DNA of 64,000 bases. Source: Spirochaetota bacterium (GTDB taxonomy: Bacteria; Spirochaetota; UBA12135; COTS27; JAFLEE01). The stretch covers positions 2,551 to 66,550 of the forward strand of contig JAFLEE010000019.1 of assembly GCA_017302015.1 (NCBI GenBank). Direction: 5' to 3'. The notes below the pieces were generated by a model. The model searched no databases, was not told the origin of the DNA, and saw only the letters and a program-made list of their open reading frames with translations. Position 1 is the first letter of the stretch. Each line of letters opens with the position of its first letter. A program made the position numbers and the translations under genes. Positions 48,140 through 56,500 of the stretch are shown in pieces.

Positions 48140-48799
48140 TCAGAAATACCCGCCCTTCGCCACGACCTCCGTCGGCTTCAGGCCGCTTTCCACCATCTCG
48201 CGGATCCCCACCTCGCGGATGAGGATTCCCTCGGCTTTCAGGAGCACGTCGACGATGAGGTCCTTGGGCACGCAGATCACTCCGTCGATGTCGCCGAAGA
48301 GGAAATCGCCGGGATGTACGGTGATCTCGCCGATGCGCACCGGTTTCTGCCAATAGTACATGCGGAAGCGGCCCAGCATGCCCACATTGGTGCGGTATTG
48401 GTGGAAGACGGGGAATTTCTGCTCGAGGATGGCGTCGGTATCGCGGATGCCGTTGACGATCGCCCCCCGGCACCCCGCGCGCATGGCGGCCATGGTCATC
48501 ACCTCGCCCCAGTGCGCAGTCACGGTGTCGCCGGTGCAATCCCAGGCGATCACCGAATCCGTCGGGAGTTCTTCGAGCATGCGGGCCCGGGCTTCCATCT
48601 CGCCGTCGGTGGTGATGTCGGGGGCGCCCTTGATGGTGAAGGCGACCCCGGCGATCTTCATGCCGCGCTCCAGCGGGGCATAGCAGGCGGGAAGCGCGCA
48701 GTGCCTCTTATAATCGAACCGCAGCACGTCGTTGACGGCGCCCGAATAGAGTTTCAGGTAGCGCGCGCGGATCTCGGGGAGGGGGAGGTTGTGGTTCAT
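48140..48799 (-). CDS. RraA-family protein (4-hydroxy-4-methyl-2-oxoglutarate aldolase or methyltransferase-like, possibly a KdgF-like role).
   Basis: 219 aa. Overall RraA/MenG-family similarity recalled from memory (GDIVVAD-like segment GDFLFGDIDGVICVP). Confidence 0.55.
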   Translation of the reverse strand: MNHNLPLPEIRARYLKLYSGAVNDVLRFDYKRHCALPACYAPLERGMKIAGVAFTIKGAPDITTDGEMEARARMLEELPTDSVIAWDCTGDTVTAHWGEVMTMAAMRAGCRGAIVNGIRDTDAILEQKFPVFHQYRTNVGMLGRFRMYYWQKPVRIGEITVHPGDFLFGDIDGVICVPKDLIVDVLLKAEGILIREVGIREMVESGLKPTEVVAKGGYF

Positions 48800-48822
48800 T
48801 GGATTTCCTTTTTCGATGTGGA

Positions 48823-49884
48823 TTACGAAGCGCTGTCTCGCCCCGTGGGCGCCCCCGGGACCGCTTTGATCCCGAGAAGGTGCGCTTGGGAGAAGGCGAG
48901 CATGGCGGGGCCGAAGGCGTGTTCGTCGTTGAGGCGCCAGGCATTATCTTTGTAGGCCTCCACCGACCCGTCTTTTGGGCTGAGGCACCCCGTGCAGGTC
49001 TGGTCCACGGCGCCCTCGGGGGAGAGGTACTTGAGGTAGCCGCCGAGGCCCTTCTCGAAGGCCGCGCGGGTTTCCGCGCCGAGGAGCTTCGTTTCGAGGC
49101 CCCGACCCATGGCGTAGAGGATGAGCCCGCTGCCGGAGGTTTCGACGTAGGAGGCGCGGTCGTCCATCTGTTGGTGCCAGAGCCCGTCGCCGTCTTGGGT
49201 GCGCCGGCAAGCTTCGACATGGTCGATGAATAGGGCGCGTAGGGTGGGCCCCATCGGGTGGGTCGTGGGAACCACGCAAGCGAGTTCGCACAAGGCGATG
49301 GCGGCCCACCCGTTGCCACGGCTCCACAAGTCATGGGAACGCACGCCGGGGCCCGAGAAACCCACCGCCTGACGGAAGAGCCCGGTGTTCCCGTCGAGGA
49401 GGATGCCCCGCAGGAGGAGGATCTGGCGGATGGCCTCGTCGACCCACGCGTCGTTCTTGAGGGCGACCCCGACCATGGCGAGGAAGGGGCACACGGCGAA
49501 GGCCGCATCGATCCAGAGCGTCTCGGGCCGATTGGGGAAAGTGAAGAGGCCGAGGCGGGTTCGGGGATGCTCCGCCACCAGGTCGCGGCATGCCTGGGCA
49601 AGGACCCCGTCTCGGCCCTCGAGTTTCCCGTTCAAGAGCAGCCAGGCGCTCGCGTTACCGCCCACGCGGTAGAGGCGGAAGGCCCCGTGGACCTGGGGCA
49701 CCCGACCGTCGAGGAACGCGGCGAGTTCGGTGCGGGCCGGTTCGAGGAAGCGGGGATCGCCGTGGGTGCCCATGCGCGCGAGGGCGTGGAGGGCGAGGAT
49801 CTCGCTGTAATTGTGGATGGCGACTTCTTTTCGGAAGCGCTTCCAGATGGTTTCAGCGAGGGGAAGGGTGGGGGTCGAATTCAT
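48823..49884 (-). CDS. Unsaturated glucuronyl or rhamnogalacturonyl hydrolase (GH88/GH105 family).
   Basis: WSRGNGW and other (alpha/alpha)6 GH88/GH105 signatures. 353 aa. Confidence 0.65.
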   Translation of the reverse strand: MNSTPTLPLAETIWKRFRKEVAIHNYSEILALHALARMGTHGDPRFLEPARTELAAFLDGRVPQVHGAFRLYRVGGNASAWLLLNGKLEGRDGVLAQACRDLVAEHPRTRLGLFTFPNRPETLWIDAAFAVCPFLAMVGVALKNDAWVDEAIRQILLLRGILLDGNTGLFRQAVGFSGPGVRSHDLWSRGNGWAAIALCELACVVPTTHPMGPTLRALFIDHVEACRRTQDGDGLWHQQMDDRASYVETSGSGLILYAMGRGLETKLLGAETRAAFEKGLGGYLKYLSPEGAVDQTCTGCLSPKDGSVEAYKDNAWRLNDEHAFGPAMLAFSQAHLLGIKAVPGAPTGRDSAS

Positions 49885-49984
49885 GGGTGCCTCTAATGTA
49901 TCAATGATGAATTAAAATACAATCATAGATAAAGTATAGATCCGTACACCTTGATTGTCAAACAAATCCGTTCTCTTTTTTTGC

Positions 49985-50167
49985 ACATGATGTCCGGATG
50001 ACATTAAATCGGACGGCGCCCCAGGAGGCGGCTAAAAGCCGTCCGACACGATGAAAGGAGGTCATTAATCGGTCGCCGCGCCAGGAAGGCGCACTCAGGC
50101 GACCGACACGATGTCCGGAGGACATAAAACCCGATGGCGCCGCAAGGGCCGGTGGTTCGCCGCCCGG
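49985..50167. repeat. Three tandem units of about 60 bp (plus a degenerate fourth). Each unit has a small ATGnnn..nnnCAT hairpin, then TAAAnC, then a GC-rich hairpin.
   Basis: Units start at 49985, 50047 and 50107. Small hairpins are atgtccggatgacat, atgaaaggaggtcat and atgtccggaggacat. Large stems are cggacggc/gccgtccg and cggtcgcc/ggcgaccg. Confidence 0.5.
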
Positions 50168-50393
50168 CAGGATGCTCCGCCGTGGACCCTTCGCGCTCCG
50201 GTGTATAGCCGTGGAGGTCCGCACATCTCTCCGTCTGCCGGCATGGGGTCGTGACTTCAACATTTCGATTGGGGAATCCAAAGGCTCTTGGGCTACGGAT
50301 CACCGCCACCCACGCAACGTGTTTCATGGGATGGAGATTGTCGCGCAGCAGGGAGGTGCTTCCTTAGAGGGTTCTTGGAAAAATGAACGGCAT

Positions 50394-51995
50394 TTACGGC
50401 CTCGCACCCGCGCTGGGTGCGGCGCCTGTAAAGGTCCCCATCTCGCAGCCTGGCAGCGGCTTGCCATCGAGGTAGCGGCTGAGCACGAGCCCCGCCCCAA
50501 TGGCCGCGGAGGCCGGATCCGGGGCGAAGTACGGGCCCAATTTGACCCCGTCTACGTACCGGCAATCGCGCTCATTTCCCTCGCCCTCTTTCCAGGGCGG
50601 CCGTCCCCCGACGACGACATTGTTCCGAGAGGTGAAATTGACCGGTATCGCCCCCTTGGATTGGTCCGTGAAATAGCCCCGGTCGGTGACGATCAGGTTG
50701 TTCAGGAAGTGCCAGCGCGGGATGCCGATGCCGGGGCTCCCGCCCGGGGCGAGCGTATGGAGGACTAGGGCCTCGCGGTGGCCGACGATGGTGTTCTGGT
50801 AAATGTAACCGGAGGCGGTTGAGGCATCCATGCTGAACCAGAAATTGAAGCCGCGGTCGTCTTCCAAGAGGTTGTGGTGGATGTACACGGGGCCGATCCT
50901 GGGCAGTTTGAAGCGGAAACCGCCATGGGTGCGGCGAAACACGTTGTCGTGCACGTGCAGGTTGATCGCTCCGCCGCCGATCTCGATGCCCGAATCGCGC
51001 ACGTCTTCGACGGTGTTCCATGCGATTTCCGTGTCTCGCCCCTCCCCATCGCCGATGAGCGGCTTGGCCAGCGTTTCCACCACATGGACGGTGACGTTGA
51101 TCCCGTCGAAGGTCTCGCGGATGAAATTGGAGAGGATGCGGTTGCCGGCGCCGGCGGCCTGGAGGGTGATCCCCATCCGGTCGAAATAGCCGCAGAGTTT
51201 GTGGATCTGCCAGACCTCATACTCCCGTTTGATCTCCTCCTTGTTCGTGGCCGCCGGAACCCAGGATTCATAGGAACCCCTCTGGATGGCGTTGGAGACG
51301 ATGAGGTTGCTGTGGGCACCCCCGTCGAGGATGATGCCGTGGTGGGAAAAGGAGGCGAGGGTGCAATCGCGCAGCACGCATCCCCGGGCCCCCGAATCGA
51401 ACCGCACGGCCTCGAAGGCTCCGGCGAAGGCCAATCCCCGAACGGTCGCCCCGCGCGCCCCCTTGAAATGGAGGGCCGGGGCCCCCGTGGGCATCCAAGA
51501 CCAAGTTCGACCGCTTGGATCGGCGCCCCCCAAAGTGACATAGGCGGTTTTCTCCGCCTCGCGCCAGAGCCAGAGCGCCCGGATTTGGGTGAAGCCCGAA
51601 CGGGGCGGGCCCTTGGCCAGGAGGGTCTTCCAATGCCAATCCCCCTCGGTTTGCACCCGATCTTCACGCAGGGCCGCGACGATTTTGCCGTCCACCATCA
51701 ATTCGTAGGGCTTTTGCTCCAGGGAAGACTTCCATACCCCGGCGCCGATTTCGGGGGCGGGCCCCCATTTGGCCGGGAGTGGCTCGCTCGGGTCGATCCT
51801 GACCTCCCCGTCCCCCACCAGGTGGATCTCTTTTTCCAGTACGATCGGTGCCCGGTATCGCCCCGCGCGCAGGTGGATCACCGCGCCGTCGACGGCCCCG
51901 GTGATCGCCGAGGAGAGCGATGCATCGGAGTCGACTAGGGCTTCTGCGCTGCCCCAAAGCGCGACGACGACGCAGAAGATGAGGCATCGCCCCAT
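50394..51995 (-). CDS. Secreted right-handed parallel beta-helix protein (pectate-lyase fold; polysaccharide lyase or glycosidase).
   Basis: Signal peptide MGRCLIFCVVVALWGSAEA. Multiple NxxxxN/HxN-type beta-helix repeats (NLIVSNAI, HVHDNVF, IHHNLL, NNLIVTD). The upstream 50 codons of the listed ORF are R/G-rich and probably untranslated. Confidence 0.6.
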   Translation of the reverse strand: MGRCLIFCVVVALWGSAEALVDSDASLSSAITGAVDGAVIHLRAGRYRAPIVLEKEIHLVGDGEVRIDPSEPLPAKWGPAPEIGAGVWKSSLEQKPYELMVDGKIVAALREDRVQTEGDWHWKTLLAKGPPRSGFTQIRALWLWREAEKTAYVTLGGADPSGRTWSWMPTGAPALHFKGARGATVRGLAFAGAFEAVRFDSGARGCVLRDCTLASFSHHGIILDGGAHSNLIVSNAIQRGSYESWVPAATNKEEIKREYEVWQIHKLCGYFDRMGITLQAAGAGNRILSNFIRETFDGINVTVHVVETLAKPLIGDGEGRDTEIAWNTVEDVRDSGIEIGGGAINLHVHDNVFRRTHGGFRFKLPRIGPVYIHHNLLEDDRGFNFWFSMDASTASGYIYQNTIVGHREALVLHTLAPGGSPGIGIPRWHFLNNLIVTDRGYFTDQSKGAIPVNFTSRNNVVVGGRPPWKEGEGNERDCRYVDGVKLGPYFAPDPASAAIGAGLVLSRYLDGKPLPGCEMGTFTGAAPSAGARP

Positions 51996-52003
51996 CGGGA
52001 CTT

Positions 52004-52711
52004 TCACTGCGTAAGCCACGCCATGCTGTCCACATCCACCTGCCGGATGAGCATATGTTCGGGCGCCGAAAAGACCCAGAGGATGACCGAGGCGACATCC
52101 TCCACTTTGAGCATCTTCTCCCGGGCGACCTTGCGGTCTCCCCAATAGGCGCTATCGGTGGCGGAGGGGTTCACCTCGCTCACGCGGATGCCGAGTTTGA
52201 GGGCCTGGTCGGCGAGGCCCAAGCCGACCCCGCGCTGGCCGAATTTGCTGGCGCAATAGAGGGGCGCCGTGGGGTTGGTCTTCTGCCCGGCGACGGAGAC
52301 GATATTGACGATATGCCCCGCCTTGGCGGGCTTCATGAGCCGAAGGGCTTCGCGGGTGCAGAGGAAGGTGCCGCGCACGTTGGTATTGAACATCGCCTCG
52401 AAGTCGGCGAGTTTGGCTTCGCTCAGGTCGGGCGTGGGGATGCCCAAGCCGGCGTTATTGAGGAGCCCGTCGAGGCGGCCGAATCGCGCGGCGCAATCGG
52501 CGAAGGCCTCGGCGACGGAAGCTTCATCGGAAACGTCGCAGACGCGGGTGGCGAGGTTCGGGGTGGGGCGCTCCCGCTTGAGGGCCTCCAATTTGGAGGG
52601 GTCGCGCCCGATGCCGAAGACTTTCGCCCCCGCCGCAAGGAGCGAAAGGGTCGTGGCTTTCCCGATGCCGCTTCCGGCTCCGGTGATGAAAAAAACTTTT
52701 TGATCGATCAT
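52004..52711 (-). CDS. SDR-family oxidoreductase.
   Basis: FITGAGSGIGKA, NNAG and YCASK motifs. ATG at 52711. Confidence 0.75.
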   Translation of the reverse strand: MIDQKVFFITGAGSGIGKATTLSLLAAGAKVFGIGRDPSKLEALKRERPTPNLATRVCDVSDEASVAEAFADCAARFGRLDGLLNNAGLGIPTPDLSEAKLADFEAMFNTNVRGTFLCTREALRLMKPAKAGHIVNIVSVAGQKTNPTAPLYCASKFGQRGVGLGLADQALKLGIRVSEVNPSATDSAYWGDRKVAREKMLKVEDVASVILWVFSAPEHMLIRQVDVDSMAWLTQ

Positions 52712-52926
52712 GGGTGCCTCTTTGTTTATCAAGGATAAATAATAAATATCACTATGATACATTATAGGTCGTAGATTTGGAGAAGTCAATGTGCGTCAAA
52801 ATCCAGACGGCGGACCCTACCGCATACGAGGATTGGGTCGTAAGATTCCATCCTAAACAATGAGAGCGGATTTTGCCAATCCAGCGTCGCGCGGGCCCTA
52901 CGGACCCCCGGAGAAACGGTGAACCC

Positions 52927-55137
52927 ATGAAAATCGGAAACGAATCCTTCTTCCTCCAATGCTCGGATCATACGGGAGCCCTGGAATCCTGCAGGGTGGA
53001 TGGGCAAGAACTCCTGGCCCAGGCTCCCCGGCCCCCGTGCCTATTCCGCATCGGCGTCCTTGATCACGCGGGGAATCAGGCGATCCACGGTTCCAACGAA
53101 GCGGCTTCGATTTCGGCGGGGCCGACGTCGGAGGCCGGTGTGGAATGGGCGTTCCGGGATGTGGCGGGGCTCGGTCTGGACCTCGCCGTTTCGGTGCGCT
53201 TCGATGCGGCCGCGCAGACGATCTCGTTCACGTGGTCCCTCGAGAACCGGGGAGACCGGCTCGTGGAATGGATCCAACTCCCCATCCTCACGGTGCCCGA
53301 TCGGCTCGGCTATGGTCCGGGCGAACCGAAGCTATTCTGGCCGGGCAACGAGGGCTGCCTCATCGGCGATCTGGGTCTGCGGGAGAATTCCTGGAGGCCC
53401 TACACGCCCGTGGGCTATCCGGCCCGGGGAGCGGGGGGCTATTATCCCGGGGCGGCGCCCATGCAATTCATGGCCTACCTCGGGGAGCGCGCGGGGCTCT
53501 ATGTCGCCACCCATGACCCGGCCTGCGGGACCAAAGAGATCGATTACCTGCGGGGGGAAGGCGGGGTCGACCTCATCTTCAAGGTTTTTCCCGGGGCCCT
53601 GGGCCGGGGAAAGCACGCCCTCGGCTATCCGCTCGTTCTCGCTCCGTGCACTGCGGATTGGGTGGACGCCGCGGAGCGCTACCGCCGCTGGGTGCAATCG
53701 GGCACGGTGGCCCTGCCGCCCCGCCTGGCGGAAAACACCGCGCTCCCGGATTGGGTGAAGGATTCCCCCGTCGTGGTCACCTATCCCGTGCGGGGGAACG
53801 GCCACCACGGCTATAAATCTTTTCCGAACGAATTCTTTCCATATACACGGGCGCTCCCCCACCTGGACCGATTGGCGAAGGAGTGGAACGCACCCCTCTT
53901 GGCCCTCCTCATGCAGTGGGAGGGTACCGCTCCCTGGGCCCCTCCCTACGTGTGGCCGCCCTTGGGCGGGGAAAGGGTTCTGGCCGAGTTCACCGAAGCG
54001 CTCCACGAGAGGGGCCACCGCCTCGGGCTCTATTGCTCGGGCACCGCGTGGACGAATTGGGCCGGCACCGGCGACGGAACCTACCGCCGCGACAAGCAAT
54101 TCGAGGAGGAGGGCCTCGCCTCGGCCATGTGCGCCGGCCCCCGGGGGGAACTCGGTTGCCTCATCTGCAACCACGAGTCCATCCGATTCGGCTTTGATAT
54201 GTGCACCCATGCGCCGTTCACCCGTCGGGTGATGGCCGAAGAGGCGCGCAAGATGGCAGCCGCGAAGGTCGACTATATCCAACTACTCGACCAGAACCAC
54301 GGCGGGGCCAGTTACGGCTGCTATTCGAAGGACCACGGCCATCCCGGGGCCCACGGGCCTTGGCAGCAGGGCTCCATGAAGGACCTGCTCGCGGGGGTGA
54401 AAAAGGCCATGGCCGAGACCGGCAACGAGAGCGTACTCGGCTGCGAGTCGGCCGCCGCCGAACCCTACTTGGCGGAACTCCCCCTCAACGACCTCCGCTA
54501 CAACATCAATTGGGCCGAGTTCGGCATGCCCGTGCCGGCCTTCGCCTACGTCTACCACGAGTACGTGAATAATTTTTCCGGGAACCAAGTGGGGATCACC
54601 GAGTTCTTCCTCCCCGCCGAGAACCCCTGGCACCACACCCTGCGCATGGCCTACTCTTTCATCGCGGGTGACCTCCTGGCGGTGGTCCTGAAATCAGGCG
54701 GGGAACTGCATTGGGCCTGGTGCTGCCGCTGGAACGAGGAGGCCCCCGAGCAGAAGCCCTTAGTCGATTTCGTCGGGCTCCTTAACCGCTGGCGCCGCGG
54801 AGCCGCCCGGGAGTACCTCGTCCACGGGCGCATGGAAAAGCCCCACCCCATCTCCGGCATGAAGACGGTGACCCTGCGCCATATCCGCGGTTCCACCTTC
54901 CCCCATGATTCGGTCCTCACCAGCGCGTGGCGAAGCCCGACGGGCCGGTGCGCCCAAATCCTGTGCAATTACCTCCCCGAGGCTCAGCGCGTGAAGCTCC
55001 TGCTCCCCGCGGGAACGCGCACCCAGACGACGGTGAGCGAATATGGGAACCCCTTCGGCCCGGTGTCGGCGCCGGAGGGCGGCTTGCCCCTGGAACTCCC
55101 GCCGTTCTCCGCGGCGATGGTGGAATGGGGCGGGTGA
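52927..55137 (+). CDS. Hypothetical protein (about 737 aa), putative glycoside hydrolase.
   Basis: Long ORF with host codon usage. No confident family. Confidence 0.5.
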   Translation: MKIGNESFFLQCSDHTGALESCRVDGQELLAQAPRPPCLFRIGVLDHAGNQAIHGSNEAASISAGPTSEAGVEWAFRDVAGLGLDLAVSVRFDAAAQTISFTWSLENRGDRLVEWIQLPILTVPDRLGYGPGEPKLFWPGNEGCLIGDLGLRENSWRPYTPVGYPARGAGGYYPGAAPMQFMAYLGERAGLYVATHDPACGTKEIDYLRGEGGVDLIFKVFPGALGRGKHALGYPLVLAPCTADWVDAAERYRRWVQSGTVALPPRLAENTALPDWVKDSPVVVTYPVRGNGHHGYKSFPNEFFPYTRALPHLDRLAKEWNAPLLALLMQWEGTAPWAPPYVWPPLGGERVLAEFTEALHERGHRLGLYCSGTAWTNWAGTGDGTYRRDKQFEEEGLASAMCAGPRGELGCLICNHESIRFGFDMCTHAPFTRRVMAEEARKMAAAKVDYIQLLDQNHGGASYGCYSKDHGHPGAHGPWQQGSMKDLLAGVKKAMAETGNESVLGCESAAAEPYLAELPLNDLRYNINWAEFGMPVPAFAYVYHEYVNNFSGNQVGITEFFLPAENPWHHTLRMAYSFIAGDLLAVVLKSGGELHWAWCCRWNEEAPEQKPLVDFVGLLNRWRRGAAREYLVHGRMEKPHPISGMKTVTLRHIRGSTFPHDSVLTSAWRSPTGRCAQILCNYLPEAQRVKLLLPAGTRTQTTVSEYGNPFGPVSAPEGGLPLELPPFSAAMVEWGG

Positions 55138-55308
55138 GGGGGGGGCGGATCTGAGGGCTGGTGCAGCGCTGGCCCGCTCTTTGTGCCATTTTTCCTGCGC
55201 CGCGGCGCTTGCCGCCGAGAAGGGCGGGCGTTTCGGGTAGGTGTCAGGGCGCAAGGGCCTGTCCCCGGGAGCGGATTTCGGGCAAAATAGGCACCATTCG
55301 GAGGCACC

Positions 55309-56481
55309 ATGCACCTGCTATTGCGGAGTTCGTGGCAGAACGTGAATATCGGCGATGTGGCCCACACGCCGGGGGTCCTGGCCCTGTTGGAAAAGGCGAT
55401 CCCAGGGCTCGAGGTGACCCTCTGGCCCAACCCCCTCGAACCCGAGGTGAAGGCGATGATCGTCAAACGCTTCCCCCGGCTCCATCTGGCCGAGACTCCC
55501 GCCGAGAAAAAGCGGGCCCTTCGCGATTGCGGCTTCTTCCTCCACGGCTCCGGCCCCTATCTGGTGGGTTGGCGGGAACTCAACCAGTGGGCGGAGGAGA
55601 CCGGAAAGCCCTTCGGCGTTTTCGGCATCACGTTGGCGCGCCCCGCCGACCCGGGGCGAATGCCCGAGCACGAGGCGATGTACCGGCACCTGCCCGAGGC
55701 CGACTTCGTGTACTACCGCGATTCGCCTTCCCTCGACGCCGCGCGCGCCATGGGCCTCGCCTCGAGGCATGACGGGTTCGGCCCCGACGGCGCCTTCTCG
55801 GTGGACCTCGCCAACGCGCCGGCCGCCGAGGCTTTCACGCGCACCCATGGGCTGGAAAAGGGGAAGTTCTTGTGCTGCATCCCCAAGCTCCGGTTCACCC
55901 CCTACTGGATCCTCCACCCCGAGCAGGCCTTCGACCCGGCCAAGCACGCGCGCAACGAGGCCATGAAAGAGAACGACCATGAGCCCTTGCGCCGGGCGAT
56001 CCGATCCGTGGTCGCCGAGGGGGGGATGAAAATCCTCCTCTGCCCCGAGGACCGCACCCAGATGCGGGTGGGGAAGGAACTCCTCTACGATCGCCTGGAG
56101 CCGGAGGTGCGGGAGCGGGTGGTGTGGCGCCCGGATCACTGGCTCACGGACGAAGCGTTGAGCACCTACCGCTTGAGCGCCGGGCTCTTCGGCCATGAAC
56201 AGCACAGCCCCATCATGGCCATCGGCGCGGGCATCCCCGCCTGCGTGGGACGCTGGGCCGAACAGACCACCAAGGGCTTCATGTGGAAAGATATCGGCCT
56301 GGGGGATTGGCTCTTCGACCTGGATGCCGAATCGGACCGGGCGCGCTACCCCGATGCCGTGCTGGAGATCGCGCGGAATCCGGCGGCAGCGACCGAAAAG
56401 GCCCTCGCCGCGCGCGCCCGGGTCCGGGAAGCCCAAGCGGGGATGATCGCGAGCCTGAAGGCCTCGTTGGGGTCCCACTGA
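55309..56481 (+). CDS. Polysaccharide pyruvyl transferase-family protein (CsaB-like), tentative.
   Basis: N-terminal NVNIGDVAHTPG resembles the PS pyruvyl transferase start (N.GD.A). 390 aa. Confidence 0.4.
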   Translation: MHLLLRSSWQNVNIGDVAHTPGVLALLEKAIPGLEVTLWPNPLEPEVKAMIVKRFPRLHLAETPAEKKRALRDCGFFLHGSGPYLVGWRELNQWAEETGKPFGVFGITLARPADPGRMPEHEAMYRHLPEADFVYYRDSPSLDAARAMGLASRHDGFGPDGAFSVDLANAPAAEAFTRTHGLEKGKFLCCIPKLRFTPYWILHPEQAFDPAKHARNEAMKENDHEPLRRAIRSVVAEGGMKILLCPEDRTQMRVGKELLYDRLEPEVRERVVWRPDHWLTDEALSTYRLSAGLFGHEQHSPIMAIGAGIPACVGRWAEQTTKGFMWKDIGLGDWLFDLDAESDRARYPDAVLEIARNPAAATEKALAARARVREAQAGMIASLKASLGSH

Positions 56482-56500
56482 GGCGAAGGCCCGGCCGCCC

